A model generated the notes under the pieces. That model did not search any database and was not told where the DNA came from. It worked only from the letters and a program-made list of their open reading frames with translations. A DNA stretch of 32,000 nucleotides from Pseudoalteromonas translucida KMM 520 (GTDB lineage: Bacteria; Pseudomonadota; Gammaproteobacteria; Enterobacterales; Alteromonadaceae), in NCBI RefSeq assembly GCF_001465295.1, contig NZ_CP011034.1, forward strand, positions 900,001 through 932,000. Reading direction: 5' to 3'. This document shows, piece after piece, positions 9,118-17,430 of the stretch; position 1 is the stretch's first letter; every line of letters starts with the position of its first letter. The translations under genes and the position numbers were made by a program.

Positions 9118-9381
9118 TGTCTTCATTTTAATTATATCTACTTTTTATTAATACTTTATAACCAAGAAGCTGAGCTAATAAAATATAATAACTCCCATCA
9201 CTTTTTAGCGTTCAGTATTATCGATGGGATGAATCGTTAAATACGATTGTCATTTCGCATCAGTTCTCTCTAGAATAATAATAATTATATGTGCGCTATT
9301 GGTTTTTAATTTTTAGAGCCCATATAACTATCAGCATTGCATAAGCAATTGACAACAAACTCAAAATATTTGGAGAATAAA

Positions 9382-9987
9382 ATGGGTGTATTAGTAGGCC
9401 GCCAGGCACCAGACTTTACCGCTGCAGCAGTTCTTGGTAACGGTGAAATTGTAGATAGCTATAACCTTCATGAAAAAATTAAAGGTAAAAAAGCAGTTAT
9501 TTTCTTTTACCCACTAGATTTCACGTTTGTATGTCCTTCTGAACTTATTGCATTTGATAAGCGTTATGAAGAATTCCAAAAACGTGGTGTTGAAGTAATT
9601 GGTGTTTCTATCGATTCACAATTCTCACACAACGCATGGCGTAACACTGCTGTTGCAGATGGCGGTATCGGTAAAGTTAAATATGCACTAGTTGCAGATA
9701 TTAAACATGAAATTTGTAAAGCATACGACGTTGAGCATCCTGAAGCGGGTGTTGCATTTCGTGGATCTTTCCTAATTGATGAGGAAGGCAACGTACGTCA
9801 CCAAGTAGTGAACGACTTACCACTAGGTCGTAACATTGATGAAATGCTACGTATGGTTGACGCACTAGCGTTCCACACTGAGCACGGTGAAGTATGTCCT
9901 GCTGGTTGGACTGAAGGTAAAAAAGGTATGGACGCGAGCCCTGAAGGCGTTGCTAAGTTCCTATCTGAAAACGAAGGCGATCTATAA
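9382..9987 (+). CDS. Typical 2-Cys peroxiredoxin (AhpC/Tsa family)
   Basis: Peroxidatic Cys in FYPLDFTFVCPSE and resolving Cys in EVCPAGW. ATG 9382 is preceded by GGAGA (9372-9376). The longer ORF from 9337 adds a non-conserved extension. No ahpF is adjacent. Confidence 0.9.
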   Translation: MGVLVGRQAPDFTAAAVLGNGEIVDSYNLHEKIKGKKAVIFFYPLDFTFVCPSELIAFDKRYEEFQKRGVEVIGVSIDSQFSHNAWRNTAVADGGIGKVKYALVADIKHEICKAYDVEHPEAGVAFRGSFLIDEEGNVRHQVVNDLPLGRNIDEMLRMVDALAFHTEHGEVCPAGWTEGKKGMDASPEGVAKFLSENEGDL

Positions 9988-10005
9988 TTTAGCTCTCGTT
10001 TAAAT

Positions 10006-10033
10006 AAAAAAACCGCCGATTGGCGGTTTTTTT
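10006..10033. terminator. Bidirectional rho-independent terminator between the peroxiredoxin gene and the TonB-dependent receptor gene
   Basis: Stem CCGCC (10013-10017) / GGCGG (10022-10026) with loop GATT, flanked by A7 (10006-10012) and T7 (10027-10033). Confidence 0.85.
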
Positions 10034-10045
10034 GTTGCTTCTCGT

Positions 10046-12634
10046 TTAGAACGAGAAACTTACTTTAGTATAAATATAACGACCGCGTGGGTTATGAACC
10101 CCAGACGCATAACCGTAAAGGTCAGAATCGCCATCACCAATTGCAAATGGTGGCTCTTCGTCAAACAAGTTATTAATACCTAGTGATAATTTAGCTGACT
10201 CAGTAATACGGTACGACGTTTGTAAATCAACTAACACTTGTGAGTCAATCATACGTGATGTATTGCTATCAAAATCTAAGTTACCGTCAAAGTCGATATC
10301 AGGTGTATCTTCAAATTCACCAACATAACTTAAGTTAACATTAGTATTGAAGTCGCCCACTTCCCAGTTAGTTGAGAAAATCCAACGATGCTCTGGGTAA
10401 CCATATTCACCAGAGTAATCACGGCCATCTTTTTCAAATTTATTTTGGTAAGCCCACTCTAAATTGAATTTCAATAAACCTAAATCATCCAATGAATGAT
10501 TGTAGTTTGCTGAAAAGTCGATGCCAGATACTTCTTGTGAAGAGACGTTTTCAAATGTGCTATAGATTTTTTGAATTGAACCTAAGCTTTCACCATTAGT
10601 AGGCGGTAAGCGAACACATACAGTGCTGTTTTGGTTACCACACTCTGCAGCATAAATTGGACCAAACTCTTCTTGGTCAATTTTATTGTCTTGGGTGATG
10701 CTCCACACATCAATACTTAAACCAAACTCTGCGCTAGGGGCCCAAATGAAGCCGACGTTCCATGATTCAGACTCTTCAGGTTGTAAGTCTGCATTACCAG
10801 AGAATTGAATGTTGTAATCAAGTGCCTGACAGTCTAAGCCAGTTTGTTGACAGCGTTGAGTATCAATAAAGAACTGACTTTTTTCTGATGGACCTAGGCC
10901 AACTTGTGCTAAAGAGGGGGCTCTAAAGCCTTGTGCCCATGAGCCACGAACCGTGATTTCATCACTTGGTGCCCAGCGAAGTGCAACTTTTGGATTGGTA
11001 GTTGTACCAAAGTCACTGTAGTCATCGTGACGCCCAGCAAGTTGTAATTCTAATGTATCAGCTAGTGGAATTGAAAATTCAACATAAGCAGCGTATTGAT
11101 CACGTGACGCTGCGGCTGATACAGCTTCAGTACCAAAAATTAAACCGCGACGGAACTGATCATCAGGGATATCTGTAACGTCTTCTTCGCGGTACTCAAT
11201 ACCGGCTGCCATCATCACCACATCGTCGCCAAAGCTAAATGCTTCACCACTAATGTTTGCGTCAAATGAGGTCATGTGTGACTCACCTTGACGTACTAAG
11301 CTAGTAGTGATTCTATCGATTACTGCAGGATCGTTATAAGTGCCGCCAAATGGGTTGTAATTACCGGCATCTATTTCTTGTTGTAAAAAGTCGGTACGCA
11401 CCCAACCTTGTGAGCGATCGCCAGTTTGCATTGATTTACTACGACCTTTTTGTACCGCTGTCTCCCAGCTCCAGTCGTTAAATTCGCCTCGTAAGCCCGC
11501 TACAAAACGCATCGTATCAGATTCAATATCCCATTGGCGAGCACCGGCATCAACCGTTCTGTAACGGCCAATATCTATATCTTTACCAAATGGGTTATTA
11601 GGATGATTTGCTGGCACAGTAAGGCCTGCATCTTCATCTAGTGGTGTTGGCGCACCCATAGCCACAGAGCTATTATGTTGTACCGCCATTTCTAAAAATG
11701 CAGTAATGCCATTATCAAAATTATACTCAAACTGCGAAATAGCACCAATACGTTCAGATGCTGGTGCAATATAGCCGTATGGGCCGTAATCAAACAAACA
11801 GCTGCCACTGGCAGTTGCGCTATCGGCTGGGCAAGCAGGGTCAATGGTTTTTACACCATCAACGTAAAAGTAACCAGGGAAGCCACGTGATGAACGAAAG
11901 TCCTCACCACCTAAAGCTCTTTGATCTGCAGTGCCTAAGCTGCCCATTTCACTTGACGATAAAGAGGTGTTTTTAAAGTAGTCAATAATAACGGAAGCAC
12001 TGCTTTTTTCGTTACTTGTACCCCAAACGATGCTGGCTGATGTTTCTTCGTAATTAGGACCGTCAGTGCCACCGTAGCCTAAGTTTACTTCAATACCATC
12101 AATATCTTTTTTCAAGATAACGTTAACTACACCCGCAACAGCATCAGAGCCATAAATAGCCGATGCACCATCTTTTAAAATGTCGATACGTTCAATCGCT
12201 GAAACAGGAATACTGTTAATATCAACAAATGAGTTAGTAATACCTTCAGCGAATGCACTAATAGCAACACGGCGGCCATTAATAAGTACTAAAGTTGCGT
12301 CAGCGCCTAGGCCACGTAAACTTACCGCTGCAGAACCATTTGCAGTAGAGTCTTGGTTATTACCACGGGTAGAGAAAGTACCGCTACCTGCAACAGGCAT
12401 TCTTTCAAGCAACTGCTGTAGGTTGTCATAACCCATGTTATCAATATCGGCTCGACTGATAGATTGAACCGGAGAAGGGCCTTCCATATCAGAACGTTTA
12501 ATGCGAGAGCCCGTTACTTCAATGCGTTCTACTTTTTTCACTTCATCAGCGGCGTATGTTGTTGTTGTAAAGCCAGCTGTTAATGCCAAAGTAGCCCCTG
12601 CAATTAAGCTAGGGGTAAATGAAAATTGCTTCAT
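10046..12634 (-). CDS. TonB-dependent outer-membrane receptor
   Basis: Signal peptide MKQFSFTPSLIAGATLALTAGFTTTTYA, a plug-domain block (IEVTGSRIKR...LRGLGADATLVLINGRR...IERIDILKDGASAIYGSDAVAGVVNVI), a long beta-barrel and a terminal aromatic residue (VSFSF). The start is uncertain: in-frame upstream ATG 12685 and TTG 12715 also exist. Confidence 0.9.
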   Translation of the reverse strand: MKQFSFTPSLIAGATLALTAGFTTTTYAADEVKKVERIEVTGSRIKRSDMEGPSPVQSISRADIDNMGYDNLQQLLERMPVAGSGTFSTRGNNQDSTANGSAAVSLRGLGADATLVLINGRRVAISAFAEGITNSFVDINSIPVSAIERIDILKDGASAIYGSDAVAGVVNVILKKDIDGIEVNLGYGGTDGPNYEETSASIVWGTSNEKSSASVIIDYFKNTSLSSSEMGSLGTADQRALGGEDFRSSRGFPGYFYVDGVKTIDPACPADSATASGSCLFDYGPYGYIAPASERIGAISQFEYNFDNGITAFLEMAVQHNSSVAMGAPTPLDEDAGLTVPANHPNNPFGKDIDIGRYRTVDAGARQWDIESDTMRFVAGLRGEFNDWSWETAVQKGRSKSMQTGDRSQGWVRTDFLQQEIDAGNYNPFGGTYNDPAVIDRITTSLVRQGESHMTSFDANISGEAFSFGDDVVMMAAGIEYREEDVTDIPDDQFRRGLIFGTEAVSAAASRDQYAAYVEFSIPLADTLELQLAGRHDDYSDFGTTTNPKVALRWAPSDEITVRGSWAQGFRAPSLAQVGLGPSEKSQFFIDTQRCQQTGLDCQALDYNIQFSGNADLQPEESESWNVGFIWAPSAEFGLSIDVWSITQDNKIDQEEFGPIYAAECGNQNSTVCVRLPPTNGESLGSIQKIYSTFENVSSQEVSGIDFSANYNHSLDDLGLLKFNLEWAYQNKFEKDGRDYSGEYGYPEHRWIFSTNWEVGDFNTNVNLSYVGEFEDTPDIDFDGNLDFDSNTSRMIDSQVLVDLQTSYRITESAKLSLGINNLFDEEPPFAIGDGDSDLYGYASGVHNPRGRYIYTKVSFSF

Positions 12635-12966
12635 CCTTAAGTCCTTGTTAGTTTTGTTGAATTTGGTAGCTAAAAAAGCCTCCATATTAATACCATGTAA
12701 CAAAGGTGTTAGCAATTGCGCTGTGGTGTGACTTTAGTCTGGGTGTTGCTGGTAAAATAGTCAGTGTATTTTATTTACTTAGAGATAGAAGTTCGACGTA
12801 AAGCGAGGTTTTAATATAAATATTGCGTTGCAATTAGTGGTAAGAATTAAATAGTTTAGTGGGCACTTATTTTGTAATAATTTATTCTTTTATAAGTAGT
12901 CACTAAATTGCAGTATATTTGTGCAGTTTGCTTTAAAGTTGTGCGTTAAATTATTTTAAAATAAAT

Positions 12967-12996
12967 AAAAAAACGCCTAATAAATTAGGCGTTTTT
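12967..12996 (-). terminator. Rho-independent terminator immediately after smpB
   Basis: Stem CGCCTAAT (12974-12981) / ATTAGGCG (12984-12991). The minus-strand T-run is the complement of A7 at 12967-12973. Confidence 0.85.
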
Positions 12997-12998
12997 AT

Positions 12999-13478
12999 TT
13001 ATGCTTTATGCTTCATTAAGCGTTCTTTTTCACGCGACCAGTCTTTATCTTTACCGTCTTCGCGTTTGTCGTGTAATTTTTTACCTTTTGCTAAATGAAA
13101 CTCAAGTTTCACCCAGCAATTTTTCCAATACATAGCAGTAGCAATTAATGAATAGCCATCGCGTTCAGTTGCGCCTACTAAGCGATCTAGCTCGCGTCTG
13201 CTTAATAGTAACTTACGATAACGTAATGGATCACAAATTACATGGGTTGATGCACTGTTAAGAGGCTGGATTTGGGCGCCTAGTAAAAATGCTTCACCGT
13301 TTTTAAGGTGGATATAAGTTTCAGTGATGTTAACTTTGCCAGCTCGGATGCTTTTTACTTCCCAGCCTTGGAGCTCTACACCCGCTTCAAACTTATCGTG
13401 TAAAAAATACTCATGTCGCGCTTTTTTGTTAAGCGCGATGGTATTGCTTGTCGATTTTGATGATTTATTCTTAGCCAT
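12999..13478 (-). CDS. smpB: SsrA-binding protein SmpB
   Basis: [10 protein letters not shown]...[14 protein letters not shown]...[11 protein letters not shown] and a basic C-terminal tail are typical SmpB blocks. Confidence 0.95.
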   Translation of the reverse strand: MAKNKSSKSTSNTIALNKKARHEYFLHDKFEAGVELQGWEVKSIRAGKVNITETYIHLKNGEAFLLGAQIQPLNSASTHVICDPLRYRKLLLSRRELDRLVGATERDGYSLIATAMYWKNCWVKLEFHLAKGKKLHDKREDGKDKDWSREKERLMKHKA

Positions 13479-13625
13479 AGTGCCCTATATTATACGTAAT
13501 ACGAGATGTTTTACATCGATTTTTTAATAATGCATTTAAAAGCTTAGTAATTAATTTAAGCAGCGTGAAAGTTTGGGGAAACGCGTAAAGCTTGCTAAAA
13601 TTCCACCACACAGTTGGGAGTGAGT

Positions 13626-14066
13626 ATGCCACAAATAAAAAAAAGTGCGCTGGTTATGTACAGCACTAAAGAGATGTTTGACCTTATTAATGATGTAGAA
13701 GCCTATCCTCAGTTTTTACCTAATTGCTCAGACTCAAAAATTATTAAGCAACACAATAATAGCATGACCGCGAGTTTAGAAATATCAAAAGCAGGTATAA
13801 AAAAGTGGTTTACCACAGAAAACACCTTTGTTGATGAGCAAACCGTGGTATTAAATCTTGTAGATGGTCCGTTTAAAATGTTGCAGGGGCGTTGGCACTT
13901 TCAACAACTTGACGCGAATGCTTGCAAAGTAGAGTTACAATTAGACTTTGAATTCTCGAGTAAGTTGATTGAGTTGGCGTTTGGTAAAATATTTAATGAT
14001 GTTGCAAAAAATATGGTGAGTGCGTTTACTCAGCGCGCGAAACAGGTTTATGGAGCGAGAGTATGA
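13626..14066 (+). CDS. ratA: SRPBCC-fold protein RatA/YfjG (COQ10/polyketide-cyclase-like)
   Basis: LINDVEAYPQFLPNCSDSKI...GPFKMLQGRWHFQ matches the RatA family. Divergent from smpB, as in E. coli. ATG 13626 is preceded by GGGAG (13616-13620). Confidence 0.85.
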   Translation: MPQIKKSALVMYSTKEMFDLINDVEAYPQFLPNCSDSKIIKQHNNSMTASLEISKAGIKKWFTTENTFVDEQTVVLNLVDGPFKMLQGRWHFQQLDANACKVELQLDFEFSSKLIELAFGKIFNDVAKNMVSAFTQRAKQVYGARV

Positions 14067-14386
14067 TTCATGTTGAAGTTGTATTTGCATTACCCGAAAC
14101 AGTAACAAGCTTAACAATAGAAGTAGTTAAGGGAACAACGGTAGAACAAGCTGTTATTCAATCAGGAATTATCGAAAAACACCCAGAAATAGATGCTACA
14201 GCACTAACACTCGGTGTTTGGAATAGAACTGTAAAGCCTAATCAAGAGCTAAAAGAGGGGGATAGAATTGAAATTTATCGTCCTTTAATTGCCGATCCTA
14301 AAGATGCGCGTAGAAAACGTGCTGAAAAAGCGAAAGAAGAAGGGCGAGCAAACAAAGTAACCGGTGGCCGCCCTATAGAGCGATAG
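14063..14386 (+). CDS. rnfH: RnfH-family ubiquitin-like protein (RatB/YfjF, UPF0125)
   Basis: ATGA start/stop overlap with ratA. The GDRIEIYRPLIADPKDARRKRA signature is present. Confidence 0.85.
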   Translation: MIHVEVVFALPETVTSLTIEVVKGTTVEQAVIQSGIIEKHPEIDATALTLGVWNRTVKPNQELKEGDRIEIYRPLIADPKDARRKRAEKAKEEGRANKVTGGRPIER

Positions 14387-14403
14387 CATAAGGTTTTAGC
14401 TAT

Positions 14404-14432
14404 TATAAAGGTGAGCTTAACTCACCTTTATA
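14404..14432. terminator. Bidirectional hairpin terminator between convergent rnfH and bamE
   Basis: Stem TATAAAGGTGAG (14404-14415) / CTCACCTTTATA (14421-14432) with loop CTTAA. Confidence 0.75.
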
Positions 14433-14452
14433 ATTTTAATAAGCGAGGGTGC

Positions 14453-14812
14453 TTATTGTTCGAGTGGAGTAGTAAAGTTTTCTGGCTGTTCGTAATCACC
14501 TGAAATAGAAACAAGCTTTTCATTTTCAAAGTTAATAACCAGTGATTTGTACTGCTCGTTACTGCGGCCTTTATTAAAGCTATATACATAACGCCAAGTG
14601 TTATTATCAAATGCATTTTCGGCGATAGGCTTGCCTAATACATAAACAACTTGCTCACGAGTCATGTTTACACGCAGTTTATCAACATCAGATTGTTCTA
14701 AAAAGTTACCTTGAGGGATGTTGATTCTGTATACCCAGCTAGAACACCCAGCTGCTGAACTAAGCGTTAAAGCAACGATAAGCCAAAGAGAAAAAGTTTT
14801 TAACGACTGCAT
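14453..14812 (-). CDS. bamE: Outer-membrane protein assembly factor BamE (SmpA/OmlA)
   Basis: Lipobox LSSAAGC, a YRINIPQGN...MTREQVVYVLG block, and the conserved position next to ratA-rnfH-smpB. Confidence 0.9.
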   Translation of the reverse strand: MQSLKTFSLWLIVALTLSSAAGCSSWVYRINIPQGNFLEQSDVDKLRVNMTREQVVYVLGKPIAENAFDNNTWRYVYSFNKGRSNEQYKSLVINFENEKLVSISGDYEQPENFTTPLEQ

Positions 14813-14924
14813 TGTTAGTTGTGATCCTTATTTTTTATAATCTGCATGATACCGATTAGTCACTGAAGGTAAAACCCTTTTAAGCAATTGTTTTTTGTTA
14901 AGGGCATTAAGTTAAGGTAGCGAT

Positions 14925-15239
14925 TTGACCACGGATAATCAAAAAAGTTTAAAGTGCAGTGATCAAAGCTGCTTAAAAAAGCCATCTACCTGGCATTTGT
15001 ATATAGTACAAACCCGCTACGGCCATTGGTATACGGGTATAACCACTAATGTTGAGCAACGTCTTGCTACGCATCAAGCGGGTAATGGTGCAAAAAACCT
15101 GAAAGGTAAAGGTCCACTTTTACTTATTCATCAGCACAGTGTTGGCAATAAAAGTGCAGCAAGTAAATTAGAGTACCAAGTGAAAAAATTATCTAGGGCT
15201 AAAAAAGAAGCCTATGTAGCATCATTTAAGGCGAGCTAA
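14925..15239 (+). CDS. GIY-YIG nuclease-superfamily protein (UPF0213/YhbQ-like)
   Basis: WHLYIVQTRYGHWYTGITTNVEQRLATHQAG is a GIY-YIG core. Only a TTG start is available (14925), preceded by AAGGTAG (14914-14920). Confidence 0.8.
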   Translation: MTTDNQKSLKCSDQSCLKKPSTWHLYIVQTRYGHWYTGITTNVEQRLATHQAGNGAKNLKGKGPLLLIHQHSVGNKSAASKLEYQVKKLSRAKKEAYVASFKAS

Positions 15240-16167
15240 GAGGGAGTGGTGTTTTAGCTAGCTGGTTAATAAAGGCTTCTATTAATAGTACTGCATCAGT
15301 AAAAAGTTTGCTGTTAATATTCTTGGCGGTGTCATTACTTGTATGATGGGCACTGTCGTAGCCCATGCCAAAGTAAACATAAGGTATTTTTTGCCTTGCA
15401 AACGAATAGTGATCGCTCGCTTTATGCCAGTTTATATTTTTAGATTTTATATATCGGCTCATTTGTGCAGCGGAGTAAACCGGTTTTAATTTTACATTAT
15501 TATTTTCAACGGCAGAAAATACGCTATTTAAGGTGTTTTTTAACGACCTAGAGGTTAATCCATATAAGTTGCTACGACGCTTTTTAACCCCTAGCATGTC
15601 TAAATTTATGTTCATAATAACGCTATTTGGCTGCAGTGTTTTGGCAAAGTATTTACTGCCATGTAAGCCGTTTTCTTCTGCATCTGTGGCTACAAAGGTA
15701 AGAGAAAAGGGCAGTGGTTTATCATTAAATACCCTTGCTAAATAAATTAAAGCCGCAACACCGGTGGCATTATCATTTGCTCCAGGATGCAGTTTTCCAC
15801 CATGCTTACCTAAGTGGTCATAGTGTGCGGTAATAATAATACGATTGGCTTTTTGTGCCGGGTCGGTTGCCTTTGCTGCTGTTTCTATAGCACCTATGTT
15901 AGAACTAATAATATTAATACCACACGCTTGGCTAAATAGGCCCGATTTATAGCAAAATGGCTGCTCAACCACATTGTTATTAACTTTGCTTAATCTGCGT
16001 TTTATATAGCTTCTTGCAAGCTCTGCGCTTTGAGATCCTGTTTTTCTACCTGCAAGTTGCTGGTCTGCTAAGTAATATAAATCATCAATAAGTAGTTGCT
16101 GCGCCGTTTTACTATTAGCAAAAGGACTTAAAAGCAGCAAAATAATAACGACAGTTAATTGTTTAAT
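15226..16167 (-). CDS. Secreted M28-family metallo-aminopeptidase
   Basis: Zn-ligand blocks TAHYDHLG, GANDNATGVAAL, FVATDAEENGLHGS and NLDMLG. The ORF track starts at TTG 16140. I extend it to ATT 16167 because only that start encodes a complete signal peptide (see findings). The 3' end overlaps the GIY-YIG gene by 14 nt (convergent). Confidence 0.8.
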   Translation of the reverse strand: MKQLTVVIILLLLSPFANSKTAQQLLIDDLYYLADQQLAGRKTGSQSAELARSYIKRRLSKVNNNVVEQPFCYKSGLFSQACGINIISSNIGAIETAAKATDPAQKANRIIITAHYDHLGKHGGKLHPGANDNATGVAALIYLARVFNDKPLPFSLTFVATDAEENGLHGSKYFAKTLQPNSVIMNINLDMLGVKKRRSNLYGLTSRSLKNTLNSVFSAVENNNVKLKPVYSAAQMSRYIKSKNINWHKASDHYSFARQKIPYVYFGMGYDSAHHTSNDTAKNINSKLFTDAVLLIEAFINQLAKTPLPLSSP

Positions 16168-17344
16168 GGGTACCTACCTTTGCGGTTAATGATTGCAGCG
16201 CTTTTAACTTTGCGTCATAACGTTTTTTGTCATGTGTAAAATCAGCATTTTTTCCGGCTTTGCGTAAATGGTACTTTGCTTGCTTTGTATCGCCCCACTG
16301 AAAATAAACTCGCGCCAAGCCAAAATGACTTTCGTGAAGCGTGGGGGATAATGCATAGGCCTTTTTAAAGTGTTTGAGTGCTTTAGTATAATATTTATGT
16401 ACGTACTCGGTATTACCAAGTGATATATGGTAATAAGGATTACTTTGGCGCTGTTTATCAAGCTGATTAAGTATTTGAGCCCCTTGCATCTCTCGCTCTG
16501 TAAGTAAGTACAACATAGCAAGATTACCTTGTGCAGTGTTGTTGTTTTTATCAAGATGAAGGGCATAATTATAAGCTTGCTCGGCTTCATTCAAATAGTT
16601 AAATTGCCTAAATAAAACACCTAAGTTACCCCATGCAACGCTAAAATTAGGGGCTACCTTAGTTGCTGCATTAAAGTAGCTATAGGCTAATTCATATTGC
16701 TTATTTATTAGCGCAGTAGCACCTTTATTATTATAAAACATAGCGGTAACAGTACTCTTTGATAGCCGTGTTGTTTTAAAGCGTGCTTGTCGGCTATTAG
16801 AATCAAAGTCGATAATTAAACGCTGATCTCGTTGGTAAAATAAAGTGCCAGCATCTTTTATTAGAGGTTGACTATTAAGGCTTAAATTTATGTGTCCGGT
16901 TAATAAATTAACGCCTTGATCAAGTGCCCAATATTCAGGAATATGCACTTTTTGAAATTGCGCTTTTAAGCCTAAGTGCTCTGCTAAGCTATACGCTAAT
17001 ATAGATAATGACAAACAGTTAGCGTTTAGGTTTTGATAGCTTTGTGCAGCGGTTAAAGTGGCTGATGAGCGATAGGCAAGTGAGTCATCACCATTTTTTA
17101 ATAAAAAGCTGAATATGCCTTGTGCAATATGTTGGGCTGAATTTTGACTGTTTAAATGAGAATCTAATTGCCGCGTTAAGCTGGCATCTAATTTAAATAT
17201 TTCGGCTGGGGTTTCAATCTGTTGTAGCTTAAAGTTTGCTGGCTTAATTAGATGCGGCAACGCTAACTTTGGCGATGAGCTACACGCACACAAAAAAAGT
17301 ATAAAGCTAAATGATAAATAACATTTAAGTTGAGTGGCTTTCAT
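16163..17344 (-). CDS. Lipoprotein with N-terminal transglutaminase-like (SirB1/YchA-like) region and C-terminal TPR repeats
   Basis: Signal peptide with lipobox-like FLCAC. NANCLSLSILAYSLAEHLGL...TGHINLSL resembles the Cys/His core of transglutaminase-like domains fused to TPRs. There are several TPR units in the C-terminal half (WGNLGVLF..., AQGNLAMLY..., HFGLARVYF...). The domain call is by eye only. Confidence 0.6.
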   Translation of the reverse strand: MKATQLKCYLSFSFILFLCACSSSPKLALPHLIKPANFKLQQIETPAEIFKLDASLTRQLDSHLNSQNSAQHIAQGIFSFLLKNGDDSLAYRSSATLTAAQSYQNLNANCLSLSILAYSLAEHLGLKAQFQKVHIPEYWALDQGVNLLTGHINLSLNSQPLIKDAGTLFYQRDQRLIIDFDSNSRQARFKTTRLSKSTVTAMFYNNKGATALINKQYELAYSYFNAATKVAPNFSVAWGNLGVLFRQFNYLNEAEQAYNYALHLDKNNNTAQGNLAMLYLLTEREMQGAQILNQLDKQRQSNPYYHISLGNTEYVHKYYTKALKHFKKAYALSPTLHESHFGLARVYFQWGDTKQAKYHLRKAGKNADFTHDKKRYDAKLKALQSLTAKVGTH

Positions 17345-17430
17345 ATAACACCTCTAAGCAAAACTACTTACCAATTAAGTGTAGTTGTAATTTTACTCAG
17401 AGGTATAATTTAAATGTTACAAAAAATGAG

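Noticed and set aside
10035-10060. Inverted repeat TTCTCGT-TTAGA-ACGAGAA overlapping the stop of the TonB receptor gene.
   Set aside because: It overlaps the terminal codons (encoding ...FSF) and sits next to a much stronger canonical terminator. It is probably incidental or a minor extension of the terminator.
12635-12960. A Fur box or cobalamin riboswitch upstream of the TonB-dependent receptor gene.
   Set aside because: The best Fur-like stretch (GTAATAATTTATTCTTTTAT near 12875-12894) matches the 19-bp consensus poorly and lies about 250 nt from the start. No B12-box-like GC-rich core or conserved riboswitch helices are visible in this AT-rich leader.
13626-14386. ratA-rnfH (ratB) as a toxin-antitoxin or defence module.
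   Set aside because: This pair is a conserved housekeeping neighbour of smpB and bamE across gammaproteobacteria. RnfH/RatB is not an established antitoxin. Nothing in the sequence suggests accessory or mobile character.
14925-15239. GIY-YIG protein as a homing endonuclease or mobile-element remnant.
   Set aside because: It is a short stand-alone YhbQ-like GIY-YIG domain with no DNA-binding extension, intron or intein context, flanking repeats or integrase. This is consistent with the widespread chromosomal UPF0213 family.
16204-16590. A 128-aa same-strand alternative-frame ORF within the TPR lipoprotein gene.
   Set aside because: It is fully nested in a longer ORF that has a signal peptide and TPR periodicity. 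The nested product is low-complexity with no motif.
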